Shown piece after piece: positions 9,260-20,412 of a DNA stretch of 45,935 nt. The stretch is from Bacteroidota bacterium (GTDB taxonomy: Bacteria; Bacteroidota; Bacteroidia; Chitinophagales; Chitinophagaceae): the NCBI GenBank assembly GCA_018268185.1, contig JAFDXA010000293.1:1-45935 (forward strand). The letters run 5' to 3'. Every line of letters starts with the position of its first letter. Positions within the stretch are counted from its first letter, which is position 1. Made by a program: the position numbers and the translations under genes. The notes under the pieces are model-generated. The model was given only the letters and a program-made list of their open reading frames with translations, was not told the DNA's origin and ran no database searches.

Positions 9260-10720
9260 TTATTTTTCCAGCAATTCGAACATTTCCCTCAACACCTTCT
9301 TGTCATCAAAATCATGCTTCACACCTTTGATCTCCTGGTATTTTTCATGACCTTTTCCAGCTACAAGCACTATATCTTCTTTGTCACTCAAACTCACTGC
9401 CGTTTTAATCGCTTCCTTCCTGTCGGCTATGGTGATGTATTTCTTCCTCGCCGCAATGTTTACGCCCGCCTCCATTTCTTTGAGGATTTCCATTGGATCT
9501 TCATTTCTTGGATTATCGGAAGTGAAGATCACCCTGTCGCTGTATTCACAGGCTACTTCTGCCATAACGGGGCGTTTGGTTTTATCCCTGTTCCCGCCGC
9601 AACCAACAACTGTAATTACCTGTTCATTTCCATGCCTGAGATTTTTAATCGTGGCAAGTACATTAAGCAGCGCATCCGGCGTATGAGCATAGTCAACTAT
9701 GCCTACAATATGTTTATTGGCGCTGAGTATATAATCAAATCTTCCTTCAGCTCCCGACAAACCACTCAGCACCTGCAATACAGTGGTCTTATCCTGCCCC
9801 AGGCAAACTGCCGTACCAAAAACAGCCAGCAGGTTGTAGGCGTTGAACTCACCGATCATTTTAAAATGAACATCTGTTTCATTGATGGCAAGATGTAATC
9901 CACTTAAACTGTTATCAAGGATCTTTCCTTTAAAATCAGCCATTGTTTTAAGGCTGTAGAAATATTTTTTTGCTGCTGTATTCTGCAGCATCACTGTTCC
10001 TCTTTTATCATCGGCATTGCTGATGGCGAAAGCTGACCGGGGCAAAGCATCGAACCATGATTTTTTTACCCTGATGTATTCCTCAAAAGTTTTATGATAA
10101 TCCAGGTGATCGTGGGTAATATTGGTAAAGATGGCACCGGTAAACAATAAGCCTGTGATGCGATGCTGCTGAATAGCATGACTGCTGCATTCCATGAAAA
10201 CATATTCGCAGCCTTCATCCAGCATTTCCCTTAACAGTTTATTCAGGCTGATGGCATCCGGTGTTGTATGGGTAGCTTCAATAACCCTGTTGCCAACCTG
10301 GTTCTGAACCGTACTGATCAAACCACAGGTATAGCCAAGCGAAGTGAACAGGTTCCGAAGCAGTGTTGCTACTGTTGTTTTGCCATTTGTTCCTGTTACG
10401 CCAACCAGCTTGAGTTTACTACTTGGTTCGCCATAAAAATTATGGCTCATGTAACCGGCTGCAGCAGCAGAATTTTCAACCTGTACATAGGTGATACCTT
10501 CTTTCATTTGCAGTGGCATGGTTTCGCAGATGATGGCAACAGCCCCATCTTCTACCGCCTTGTCAATGAACTGGTGACCGTCAACAGTTGTTCCTACCAA
10601 CGCAATAAAGCAACTGCCCGCAGTAATTTTGCGGGAATCCGTTTGCAGGTCTTTCACTTCTACAGAAGTGCTTCCATTAACAGATTTGATGTTTACTTTA
10701 TATAGTATGTCGTTCAACAT
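9260..10720 (-). CDS. murE: UDP-MurNAc-tripeptide synthetase (meso-DAP ligase)
   Basis: Motifs VTGTNGKTT, DHLDYH and DYAHTPD, plus the DNPR motif associated with meso-DAP specificity. Confidence 0.98.
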   Translation of the reverse strand: MLNDILYKVNIKSVNGSTSVEVKDLQTDSRKITAGSCFIALVGTTVDGHQFIDKAVEDGAVAIICETMPLQMKEGITYVQVENSAAAAGYMSHNFYGEPSSKLKLVGVTGTNGKTTVATLLRNLFTSLGYTCGLISTVQNQVGNRVIEATHTTPDAISLNKLLREMLDEGCEYVFMECSSHAIQQHRITGLLFTGAIFTNITHDHLDYHKTFEEYIRVKKSWFDALPRSAFAISNADDKRGTVMLQNTAAKKYFYSLKTMADFKGKILDNSLSGLHLAINETDVHFKMIGEFNAYNLLAVFGTAVCLGQDKTTVLQVLSGLSGAEGRFDYILSANKHIVGIVDYAHTPDALLNVLATIKNLRHGNEQVITVVGCGGNRDKTKRPVMAEVACEYSDRVIFTSDNPRNEDPMEILKEMEAGVNIAARKKYITIADRKEAIKTAVSLSDKEDIVLVAGKGHEKYQEIKGVKHDFDDKKVLREMFELLEK

Positions 10721-10726
10721 GCTTTC

Positions 10727-12907
10727 TCAATTAAGCACCAGGACTATCCGCTGGCCTTTTTTAAATAACTGGCCGGGTGCTATGCTCTGGTTGATCACCC
10801 TTCCCCTCCCTGATACTGATGTTACAAACCCCTTGTTTTCGAGGAGGTAAACCGCATCTTTCAATCCCATACCGGAAACATTTGGTGTTATATTATCCGA
10901 TGTTATGTAGGTGATCTTTGTACTGTCGGTCACCTGCATTTTCAGCATGGCAGCATTGTACTGCATCTTCAGTGTACGCCAGTATCCGGAATTGGATGAA
11001 TCAATTGAAGTCATATCCAGATATTTGAATATGGACTGCATATCATTCCTGTTCCCGTAATAATTATAAGCCAGTGTATCAGGTATTTTAGGCAGATCAA
11101 GAGATGCCTTGCTCAGGTAATGATTGTAAATACGATCACTGATCTCTTTAAATACACGTCCAGACACATCGGCTCCGTAAATCAGTTTTGATTCGTTACT
11201 GTTCTGTATTACCACTGCCATGGTGTATTTCGGATTCTCGGAAGGGAAATAACCGATAAAGGAAGCCTGGTATATTTTATTTCCTTTGTTATAACCTTTA
11301 TTGTTCAATGCCGTTACTGCTGTTCCTGTTTTACCGGAAATAGAGTACACACTATCGAACAAAACTTTGTGGCCTGTACCATGAGTACTGTCTACAACAG
11401 CTTTCAGGCATTCCTTCAGTTGAACAAGTGTTTCAGCGCTGCATATCTTCTCTTCCAATACCTGTGGCTGAACCTGCTTTACAACAACGCCATAATCTTC
11501 GATGGCACTAACCAGGTAAGGCCTCATCATCCTGCCATTATTTGCAACAGCATTGTATACCATGAGCATGTGTAATGGTGTTACGAGTTCACCATACCCA
11601 TGTGCCATATAGGGAATGGATGTTGCGTGCCAGTATTTGCTACTGGGTTTATAGATGATGGGATTGCCTGATGATGCAGTTATGTCTACACCCGTTGGCA
11701 GGTCAAGCCTGAGTTTGTGAAGATGTTCAGTAAACTTCTCGGGCTGGTTGTGATAATACTGATCGGCCAGTTTTGCAAACGCCACATTACTGCTTCGCAG
11801 GAAAGCATCTTTTACGGTGATTTGTCCGGCACCCAGGTGTGAATCTTTTATCCGCAGGCCATAAAAGTATTTGGCGCCGCCTTCACAATCCACAATTGAA
11901 TTCTTATCAACATACTTGTCTTCCAGCAGGCTGATCAGTGTTGCCAGTTTGAAGATGGAACCCGGTTCAGTACGTTTACCAATACCATAGTTAAGATCTT
12001 CATCGTACACGCTGTTACCATCCTTGTCTTTTTTTACCGATCCATCAGGATTTTTTTGCTGCCCGAGGTTAGCGATTGCTTTTATTTTGCCAGTAGCTGT
12101 TTCCATTACGATGGCAGTTCCGTGAATGGAATTGTTATCAACGAGCATTTTCATCAATGCATTCTCTGCCACGTCCTGCATGTATGTGTCGATGGTTGAA
12201 ATAATATTACTTCCGTTCACCGGATCAACTTCAGCGCCTTCTACCGGCATATATGCACCGGCAGCATAACGCATCAGGCGTTGACCGGTTGTACCACGGA
12301 GCAAACTGTCGTAAGTACGTTCCAGACCAACATTTTTGGAAGAATCATCTCTTGACAGCCCAACGGTCCTGTTTGCCAGTAATACGTAAGGATTGATGCG
12401 CTTATCCCTGGGGTCGACGATGATACCGCTTTTATTTCTCCCCTGTCTTACCAGCGGGAAATTGCGGAACTGTTTGAATTCGTCGAATGAGATTTTCCTT
12501 TTCAATAAATAATAGCGCTCTTTATTGTTATAAGCCAGTTGTAATTGTTTTTTGTATTCTGCAGCCGTTTTATCTTTAAAAAGATCAGCCATGCAAATGC
12601 TCAGCGAATCAATATTGTCTTTAAATCGTTTGCCAGCTTTTTCCCTCAATCCATCAGCCATGAAATCAACATAGATATCAAAAATGGGAACCGATGTACT
12701 CAACATGTTTCCATCTTCACTGTAAATGGTTCCCCGCTCGGCCTCAATGGGCTGGTATTTTAAATGAAGGCTGTCGCCCATACCTACCCAATATTTTCCC
12801 TGTACCTGCTGAATGTATACAGCCCTTCCCAAAACCATCACCCCCAGTAATATGATGCCCAGGAAGCATAGGTACACCCTCCACAATATGTCTTTTTTTA
12901 CTTCCAC
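10727..12907 (-). CDS. ftsI: Class B penicillin-binding protein FtsI/PBP3 with a C-terminal PASTA domain
   Basis: N-terminal TM, ERGTIY, SxxK (SIFK), SSN and KTGT motifs, PASTA-like C-terminus (PNVSGMGLKDAVYLLEN). Confidence 0.93.
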   Translation of the reverse strand: MEVKKDILWRVYLCFLGIILLGVMVLGRAVYIQQVQGKYWVGMGDSLHLKYQPIEAERGTIYSEDGNMLSTSVPIFDIYVDFMADGLREKAGKRFKDNIDSLSICMADLFKDKTAAEYKKQLQLAYNNKERYYLLKRKISFDEFKQFRNFPLVRQGRNKSGIIVDPRDKRINPYVLLANRTVGLSRDDSSKNVGLERTYDSLLRGTTGQRLMRYAAGAYMPVEGAEVDPVNGSNIISTIDTYMQDVAENALMKMLVDNNSIHGTAIVMETATGKIKAIANLGQQKNPDGSVKKDKDGNSVYDEDLNYGIGKRTEPGSIFKLATLISLLEDKYVDKNSIVDCEGGAKYFYGLRIKDSHLGAGQITVKDAFLRSSNVAFAKLADQYYHNQPEKFTEHLHKLRLDLPTGVDITASSGNPIIYKPSSKYWHATSIPYMAHGYGELVTPLHMLMVYNAVANNGRMMRPYLVSAIEDYGVVVKQVQPQVLEEKICSAETLVQLKECLKAVVDSTHGTGHKVLFDSVYSISGKTGTAVTALNNKGYNKGNKIYQASFIGYFPSENPKYTMAVVIQNSNESKLIYGADVSGRVFKEISDRIYNHYLSKASLDLPKIPDTLAYNYYGNRNDMQSIFKYLDMTSIDSSNSGYWRTLKMQYNAAMLKMQVTDSTKITYITSDNITPNVSGMGLKDAVYLLENKGFVTSVSGRGRVINQSIAPGQLFKKGQRIVLVLN

Positions 12908-12945
12908 GCCAACCGTAGTATTATTTGGTTTTTCTTTCTTTAAAC

Positions 12946-13284
12946 TTACCTGGTACTGTCTGTTAACTGAACGGGTGGCTTTTTAAGTTCCCGTAATCCC
13001 AGAGGTTCTACTGCTTTTACCAATTCACTCGCCTTGCTTCTGAATATCACTTCGCTTTTGATCGATTTATATTCATATTCCAGTTCTTTAATGTTTTTCT
13101 CACTGGTTGCGATCTTTCTTACCAGTTTATCGGCATAGTGACCATTGTAGATATATGCAACAGCCAGGGCCGACAGGAAAAGGAAGAAAGGGATATTCTT
13201 TACGAGGAAACGGTAATTGAAAAATTTCTTCCAGTCGGATTTGCTATTTGCCGGCTGGCTTTTATTTACCTTTTCTTCACTCAT
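12946..13284 (-). CDS. ftsL: FtsL-like cell division protein
   Basis: Short protein with one TM and a coiled coil, between rsmH and ftsI. Confidence 0.85.
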   Translation of the reverse strand: MSEEKVNKSQPANSKSDWKKFFNYRFLVKNIPFFLFLSALAVAYIYNGHYADKLVRKIATSEKNIKELEYEYKSIKSEVIFRSKASELVKAVEPLGLRELKKPPVQLTDSTR

Positions 13285-13292
13285 TGTTTGTT

Positions 13293-14237
13293 TTACTTTT
13301 TAGAAGCGATCCTCAGTTTGGCGCTCCTGGACCTTGGATTTCTTTTGAGTTCATCTGCTCCTGCAACGATCGGTTTCTTTGTTATGATGTTGAAGGGTGA
13401 TTCATGCTTTCTTCCGAACACATCATCATCTTCCGTTTCATCAAAAGAACCCTTTTTAAAAAAGTTCTTTACAACCCGGTCTTCCAGCGAGTGGAAAGTG
13501 ATGATGGCAATTCTTCCGCCGGTTTTTAATACTTCGGTTGATTGCTGCAGCATCTCTTTCAGCACTTCCATTTCCTCATTCACTTCTATCCGCAAGGCCT
13601 GGAATACCTGGGCAAAATATTTGTTTGGGTTTCCTTTTACGATTGGCTGCAAAGCCTGTTTTAACTGGCTGATTGTTTTAACCGGAGCTATGACTCTCTG
13701 CGAAACAATCGTTCTTGCCAGGGTTTTGGCATTGGTTACCTCTCCGTATCTTTCAAACAGCTTGTGCAGTTGCGCTTCGCTGTATTTTTCAATTACTGTT
13801 GCAGCTGTGGCACTGTTGCGTGTGTCCATCCTCATGTCGAGGGCTGCATCAAATCTTGTTGAGAACCCTCTTGCTGCTTCATCAAACTGGTGACTTGAAA
13901 CGCCGAGATCTGCCAGTATACCATCTACTTTCGGACTCCTGTTCACCCTCAGGAAACGCTGGAGATGCCGGAAATTCTGTTGCACGAATGTCACCCGTTC
14001 GTCATCCGGCAGGTTTTGTTTTGCTTCAGCATCCTGGTCGAACACGATCAATCTTCCTTCGCTGTTAAGCTTTTCAAGTATCGCCCTGCTGTGTCCTCCA
14101 CCGCCAAATGTGCAATCCACATATGTGCCGCCTGGTTTTATCTCCAGTCCATTGATCACTTCTGAAAGAAGCACCGGAACATGGTATTGATCCCCGGCTG
14201 AAGCCCGACTGTCGTCTATTTGATGTTGGTCGGCCAT
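13293..14237 (-). CDS. rsmH: 16S rRNA m4C1402 methyltransferase
   Basis: Motifs HVPVLL, DCTFGGGGHS, DLGVSSHQ, FHSLEDR and NPRSRSAKLR. Confidence 0.98.
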   Translation of the reverse strand: MADQHQIDDSRASAGDQYHVPVLLSEVINGLEIKPGGTYVDCTFGGGGHSRAILEKLNSEGRLIVFDQDAEAKQNLPDDERVTFVQQNFRHLQRFLRVNRSPKVDGILADLGVSSHQFDEAARGFSTRFDAALDMRMDTRNSATAATVIEKYSEAQLHKLFERYGEVTNAKTLARTIVSQRVIAPVKTISQLKQALQPIVKGNPNKYFAQVFQALRIEVNEEMEVLKEMLQQSTEVLKTGGRIAIITFHSLEDRVVKNFFKKGSFDETEDDDVFGRKHESPFNIITKKPIVAGADELKRNPRSRSAKLRIASKK

Positions 14238-14243
14238 AACTTA

Positions 14244-14711
14244 TCAGCCCATCAGGCGGTCATCCTTTTTATTCATCACTTCATTGGCAAGGTTGCTGAA
14301 TGATTCTGATGAGAAGGAATCAAAGAACTGCTGGTATTTATTCTTGTCCCAGATTTCAATTTTGTTGATTGCAGAAACCAGCACAATGTCTTTCCCGAGC
14401 GAAGCATGGTCAAGCAGGTTTTTGGGCAAAAGGATCCTGCCTGCTGAATCAAGTTCGATCTGTACAGCTCCGTTCAAAAAATAACGCCTGAATTCCCTCA
14501 CTTTAGGGTCAAAATCATTCAGTTCGCTGATTTTTTTGTAGATGGGATCCCAACTTTGAATCGGGTATAACGTGAGGCATTTTTCGAACCCCCGGTTGAG
14601 CACAAAGACATGACTTTCCTGCTCCGGAAGCTGCTTTTTAAAGCCGGCCGGAAGTAGAAAGCGCCCTTTGGCATCAATTGTTGATTCGTATTCGCCAATA
14701 AACCCGATCAT
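14244..14711 (-). CDS. mraZ: dcw cluster transcriptional repressor MraZ
   Basis: Two DxxGR motifs (DAKGR, DSAGR); first gene of the dcw cluster. Confidence 0.97.
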   Translation of the reverse strand: MIGFIGEYESTIDAKGRFLLPAGFKKQLPEQESHVFVLNRGFEKCLTLYPIQSWDPIYKKISELNDFDPKVREFRRYFLNGAVQIELDSAGRILLPKNLLDHASLGKDIVLVSAINKIEIWDKNKYQQFFDSFSSESFSNLANEVMNKKDDRLMG

Positions 14712-14745
14712 TCAGGGGGATTTTTGTGCTATTCTGCAATTAATC

Positions 14746-14780
14746 AACACAAAATAACACATTTTCCCACTTTCAGACAC
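14746..14780 (-). promoter_or_regulatory. Four GTG-core boxes at 10-nt period: probable MraZ operator
   Basis: Minus strand reads GTGTC-tgaaa-GTGGG-aaaat-GTGTT-atttt-GTGTT, 35-69 nt upstream of the mraZ ATG. Confidence 0.75.
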
Positions 14781-14913
14781 ATTTTTAGCGAAATCTTTTT
14801 TTTCACATATATATGAAGCAGTTAGGGCGAGGGTTTGAGGGGACAAACTGACGGGTTATTGACCTTTGAGTGTGAAATAGGTGTGAATTGCAGTGAATTA
14901 ATGTGGATAAGCA

Positions 14914-16236
14914 TCATTTTGCTAACGGAATGGAGATATGGAATATGGTACCTTTTCCCAGGGTACTTTCAGCTTTTATGGATCCTTTGTGGGCTTCAAC
15001 CATGGTCTTCACATAACTCAACCCAAGACCAAAACCTTTTACGTTATGGATATTACCCGTATGGGCACGGAAGAATTTCTCGAAAATGCGGTTCAGGGTT
15101 TCCTTATTCATGCCGATACCATTGTCTTCTATCTTTATTTTGATGGCATCGCCTGCATTGCTGGTCTGCAGTTTGATAACAAGTGACTCCTTAGAATATT
15201 TTACAGCATTATCAAGCAGGTTATTCACCAGGTTTGTAAAATGAACTTCATCAGCCATGATCATGTCGTGCTGAGCATCGAGGTGAACTTCAAGGATGCC
15301 CTGCTTCTCCTGAACAGGCAGTTCAATATTATTAAGTGCACTCCTGATCATTGTATGAGCAGAAAGTTTTTTCAGGTTTAGCTGCACCTCCTGTTTATCA
15401 AGCAAAGCTGCCTGCAGGATCGTTTCAACCTGCTTATTCATACGCCTGTTCTCTTCTTTGATAACAGCAGTGAAATAGTTTGCTTTCTCTTTATCAGCAA
15501 TTACTTTTTCATTCTTCAGGGCATCTACCGCAAGTGAAATGGTTGCCAATGGCGTTTTGAATTCGTGCGTCATATTATTGATGAAATCAGATTTGATTTC
15601 GCTCAGTTTTTTCTGACGCAACAGGGTTCTTATTGTAAGAAAAAATGCAGTTGTTATGATCAGCGTAAAAAAGATCGCTCCCAGTATGAACCACGTGATC
15701 TCCTTGAGAATGATACTTCGTTGATGAGGCACAATGATTACTAGAAACTCTTCCCTGGCAAGGTTTTCAAGGTTGCTTCCGCTTGGAGCAATGAGTGGTA
15801 TGATGTGGTGCGTATTATTGACTGTATCTATATAATACTTAAAAAAATTCTCGGTCTGAATCTCGTCTCCCGTAATTGAATTCTGTGTAACAGCAAACTC
15901 AAAGGGAGCATCTTTCAGGTTATTACGATCAAGCGACTGGCGTATAATATCAGCAATCTCTTCTTTAGAATAGCGTTGCAAAACGGAAGGCCGGTAAAAT
16001 TCCCGCTGCAATTTATCGTTGGGAAAAAGAATGTTTGAGTTTTTCCCGGGCATGGTGGGAAAACGTTTATCCTGCATGAGTTTTTCTGCAGCTTCATTGG
16101 TAGCCCTGTTGATATTATCTATCAACTGCTGCTCCTTTACCTCTTTAGCACTCTTCAACCACAGGAATTGAAAAAATATCAATCCCAGCAATGAAAGCAA
16201 AATCAAAATGGTAATGATAGGGAAAATTCTTTTCAT
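14914..16236 (-). CDS. Orphan membrane sensor histidine kinase (HisKA + HATPase_c, RprX-like)
   Basis: H-box NNMTHEFKTPL, N-box NLLDNAVKYS, G-boxes DNGIG and GFGLGL, two TMs. Start moved to the ATG at 16236 (MKRIFP). Confidence 0.92.
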   Translation of the reverse strand: MKRIFPIITILILLSLLGLIFFQFLWLKSAKEVKEQQLIDNINRATNEAAEKLMQDKRFPTMPGKNSNILFPNDKLQREFYRPSVLQRYSKEEIADIIRQSLDRNNLKDAPFEFAVTQNSITGDEIQTENFFKYYIDTVNNTHHIIPLIAPSGSNLENLAREEFLVIIVPHQRSIILKEITWFILGAIFFTLIITTAFFLTIRTLLRQKKLSEIKSDFINNMTHEFKTPLATISLAVDALKNEKVIADKEKANYFTAVIKEENRRMNKQVETILQAALLDKQEVQLNLKKLSAHTMIRSALNNIELPVQEKQGILEVHLDAQHDMIMADEVHFTNLVNNLLDNAVKYSKESLVIKLQTSNAGDAIKIKIEDNGIGMNKETLNRIFEKFFRAHTGNIHNVKGFGLGLSYVKTMVEAHKGSIKAESTLGKGTIFHISIPLAK

Positions 16237-16268
16237 AACTGCTGATAACCCCGGCAATATTGCAACCG

Positions 16269-16276
16269 CAAAAGTA
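16269..16276 (-). promoter_or_regulatory. Bacteroidota -7 promoter element for the kinase gene
   Basis: TACTTTTG matches TAnnTTTG, about 33 nt upstream of ATG 16236. This supports the revised start. Confidence 0.6.
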
Positions 16277-16396
16277 AAACACAAATATGGTTATAAATAT
16301 AATCAGAATGCCGCACATTAAATTTAACTAAGGTTTACAAAGAACCGGGCGAATGTTTTTTGATTTATTTCTGCAATAATATCTTACTTTAGAAAC

Positions 16397-16948
16397 ATGA
16401 TTGAACCGGCTGAAAACATATTACTTATTGCCGATCCTTTTCTAAAAGATCCGAATTTCATGCGTACCGTAGTGTACCTGTGCCGCCATTCTGATGAGGG
16501 GAGTTTTGGCTTTGTACTGAATAAGATGTTTGAACAGACACTCGATGAACTCATTAACGGACTGGAAGGAATAGAAATGCCTGTATATTATGGAGGACCG
16601 GTTCAGACTGACACAATTCATTATCTTCATCAATACCCCGACCTTATCCCCGAATGCTACCAGGTTTCCGATGAAATATACTGGGGTGGCGACTTTGAAA
16701 CTGTGAAAGAACTGCTGAAAAACAACCGGATCGACCGTAATAAAATAAAATTTTTTATTGGTTACAGCGGCTGGGAGAAAGAACAACTGGCACAGGAACT
16801 TACCGAGAAGAGCTGGCTCACTGTTTCGTCTACACGCAAAATTGTATTTGACACAGATATTGATGATATATGGAAAGAAAGCCTCAAGCACCTTGGCGGC
16901 AAATACGAAATGCTTATCAATTACCCCATTGACCCCCAGTTAAATTAA
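16397..16948 (+). CDS. YqgE/AlgH family protein (UPF0301)
   Basis: Motifs DPNFMRTVV, GFVLN, GGPV and FIGYSGWEKEQL. Confidence 0.92.
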   Translation: MIEPAENILLIADPFLKDPNFMRTVVYLCRHSDEGSFGFVLNKMFEQTLDELINGLEGIEMPVYYGGPVQTDTIHYLHQYPDLIPECYQVSDEIYWGGDFETVKELLKNNRIDRNKIKFFIGYSGWEKEQLAQELTEKSWLTVSSTRKIVFDTDIDDIWKESLKHLGGKYEMLINYPIDPQLN

Positions 16949-16957
16949 TCTTTTCAC

Positions 16958-17917
16958 TTGCTGTACCGACTGCTTTATATACCGGCACAATTTGCGCTGT
17001 GGATCTATTGCAGGAACCTGCGTATCAATAACAAGAAACTACTCTCTCACCCCGGCCCGCTACTGATTGCAGCAAATCACCCAAACTCTTTTCTGGATGC
17101 CATCATAGTATCTACTTTATTCAAGAAACCTGTTTATTCCCTGGCCAGGGGCGATGCTTTCACCAAACCATTTTACAGGAAACTGCTTATGTCGTTGAAT
17201 ATGTTTCCCGTTTACCGCATCAGTGAAGGCAACGAAAACCTGGAAAACAATTACGAAACATTTGAGAGTTGCCGAAAACTCTTCAAGGAAAACTGCATCG
17301 TTCTCATATTCAGCGAAGGACGCTGTATCAATGAATGGAAGCTGCGCCCGCTCAAAAAAGGAACAGCCCGGCTGGCTTTAAGCAGCTGGCAGGAAGGTAT
17401 TCCGCTTGAGATCGTTCCACTGGGCATCAATTACCAGTCATTCACCAGTTTTGGCAAAAATGTAGAGCTGAATTTCGGAAACATCATTACTGAAAAGGAA
17501 ATAAATGCAGAAGATGTATTCGGAAAAAAAGTGAACGACTTCAATGATAAGCTCAGGTATTCTTTACAAGGCCTGGTGTTTACTGCAGAAAAGCATGACA
17601 GGAATACCATTGAAAAAAAATTTCATATTTTCCAGTCTTCGGCTAAAAAAGTATTGCTTTCGATACCTGCTTTTACCGGCTACCTGTTGCATGCTCCATT
17701 GTATTTGCCGATCAGGAGACTATCTGTAAAAAGAGCTCTTCACAACGATCACTATGATTCGGTAATGGTTGGACTGCTTTTTCTTTTATACCCGATCTAT
17801 CTTCTATTGGCCTCTTCGCTGGTTTATTATTTACTTGGAAGTTATTGGTGGCTGCTCTGTTTTATTTTGCTTCCATTTACAGCCTGGAGTTTTGTACAGG
17901 TGAAGAAACAGTTTTAG
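16958..17917 (+). CDS. PlsC-like phospholipid/glycerol acyltransferase
   Basis: NHPNSFLD (catalytic H...D), FSEG and LKKGTAR blocks, C-terminal TMs. Confidence 0.88.
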   Translation: MLYRLLYIPAQFALWIYCRNLRINNKKLLSHPGPLLIAANHPNSFLDAIIVSTLFKKPVYSLARGDAFTKPFYRKLLMSLNMFPVYRISEGNENLENNYETFESCRKLFKENCIVLIFSEGRCINEWKLRPLKKGTARLALSSWQEGIPLEIVPLGINYQSFTSFGKNVELNFGNIITEKEINAEDVFGKKVNDFNDKLRYSLQGLVFTAEKHDRNTIEKKFHIFQSSAKKVLLSIPAFTGYLLHAPLYLPIRRLSVKRALHNDHYDSVMVGLLFLLYPIYLLLASSLVYYLLGSYWWLLCFILLPFTAWSFVQVKKQF

Positions 17918-17952
17918 GTGAAAGAGTATTTTCGGCAAGAATTACACAAATT

Positions 17953-17982
17953 AAAAAGCCCACTCCTTTCGAATGGGCTTTT
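17953..17982. terminator. Probable bidirectional intrinsic terminator
   Basis: AAAAAGCCCA-ctcctttcgaa-TGGGCTTTT between the convergent acyltransferase and atpC. Confidence 0.8.
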
Positions 17983-18002
17983 AATATTTTAATAGTAACT
18001 AC

Positions 18003-18254
18003 TTATTTTTCTGTAGCTGCTTCCACCAGCACCGTTGTTTTGTTATTCAGCACCTCAACAAATCCACTCTGGATCGTATATGAAACTGTATTGGTTTTAT
18101 CCTTCAGAATTTTCAGGCTTCCGGCTTTCAGGGCGCTTACCAATGGAGCATGCCTGTCGAGCACTTCAAACAAACCGCTGATGCCAGGGAGCTGAACGCC
18201 ATAAACATCGCCGCTGAAAATTTTCTGATCTGGTGTTAATATCTCTAATGTCAT
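18003..18254 (-). CDS. atpC: ATP synthase F1 epsilon subunit (short, 83 aa)
   Basis: MTLEILTPD...LPGISGLFEVLDRHAPL...GFVEV. Start moved to 18254 because the track's extension translates a repeat. It lacks the C-terminal helical hairpin. Confidence 0.93.
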   Translation of the reverse strand: MTLEILTPDQKIFSGDVYGVQLPGISGLFEVLDRHAPLVSALKAGSLKILKDKTNTVSYTIQSGFVEVLNNKTTVLVEAATEK

Positions 18255-18260
18255 AAAAAC

Positions 18261-18345
18261 AATTTGATGATTTGATGATTTGATGATTTGGAAATCAGAT
18301 GTTGAATACAATCATCAAATCACCAAATTGATCAATTATCAAATT
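18261..18345. repeat. ATTTGATG tandem octamer plus inverted arm (long hairpin)
   Basis: (ATTTGATG)x3 at 18262-18285. Bases 18310-18329 are the reverse complement of 18261-18280 at 19/20. Confidence 0.85.
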
Positions 18346-18347
18346 AA

Positions 18348-19862
<1,515 letters not shown>

Positions 19863-19892
19863 TTAAAATTGATTACTTATTATTTCAGGGCG

Positions 19893-19900
19893 CAAAGGTA
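19893..19900 (-). promoter_or_regulatory. -7 promoter element for atpD
   Basis: TACCTTTG matches TAnnTTTG, 40 nt upstream of the ATG. Confidence 0.65.
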
Positions 19901-20073
19901 AGGCTTGGGGGATGTAAAAAAAAATCGGGAAAGATGTTTTTTTGAGTCCGGCAGCAGTTCCCTGGTTGGCCCGCAGTGGCGACGCTCCGTTCAACAGCAA
20001 ATCCCTGTTCAACCCTTTTTTGATGCCGATTTAACCTTAGTTTTGCCGCAACAGGCTTTCAATCCCTGTGAAC

Positions 20074-20412
20074 ATGAAGAAACCCTTATTTTTCCTTGCT
20101 TTTATCCTCTTTTCGTGCAGCGCCGGGCATAATTTCAGTCAAGACAAAGCCCTTTTTGATGCATCAGCCATACTTGTGAGCTATAAATCCGTGGCCGACA
20201 TGAACGATGCCTATTTCGTGATCCGGGAAAACAACTTTTTTGAATTCTACCGGCAATTGTTCGACAGCGTAAAGAACAGCAGCTACCCCGGCAGGTATAC
20301 CAAAAAGGGAGATACGCTCCTGCTTCATTTTTACAACCCAAAAGGAGCTGAAATACTGGGTTCAAAAGCGCTGATTGATGGGGAGGAGAATAATATCAGG
20401 TTTTTTAAATAA
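20074..20412 (+). CDS. Hypothetical lipoprotein
   Basis: MKKPLFFLAFILFSC is a signal peptide with a lipobox-like Cys. A TAGTTTTG promoter motif lies at 20038-20045. Confidence 0.7.
   Translation: MKKPLFFLAFILFSCSAGHNFSQDKALFDASAILVSYKSVADMNDAYFVIRENNFFEFYRQLFDSVKNSSYPGRYTKKGDTLLLHFYNPKGAEILGSKALIDGEENNIRFFK

Noticed and set aside
6188-13893. Long antisense ORFs (6188-6808, 9176-9898, 13138-13893; likewise 23310-23921, 28598-29176, 29530-30162)
   Set aside because: They overlap well-supported genes on the opposite strand and show no recognisable motifs.
16316-16340. TTTAAC-N5-TTTACA as an OmpR-family binding site
   Set aside because: Too short and AT-rich to separate from background without comparative data.
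18255-18311. N-terminal extension of AtpC in the ORF track
   Set aside because: It translates the ATTTGATG repeat. The conserved start is 18254.
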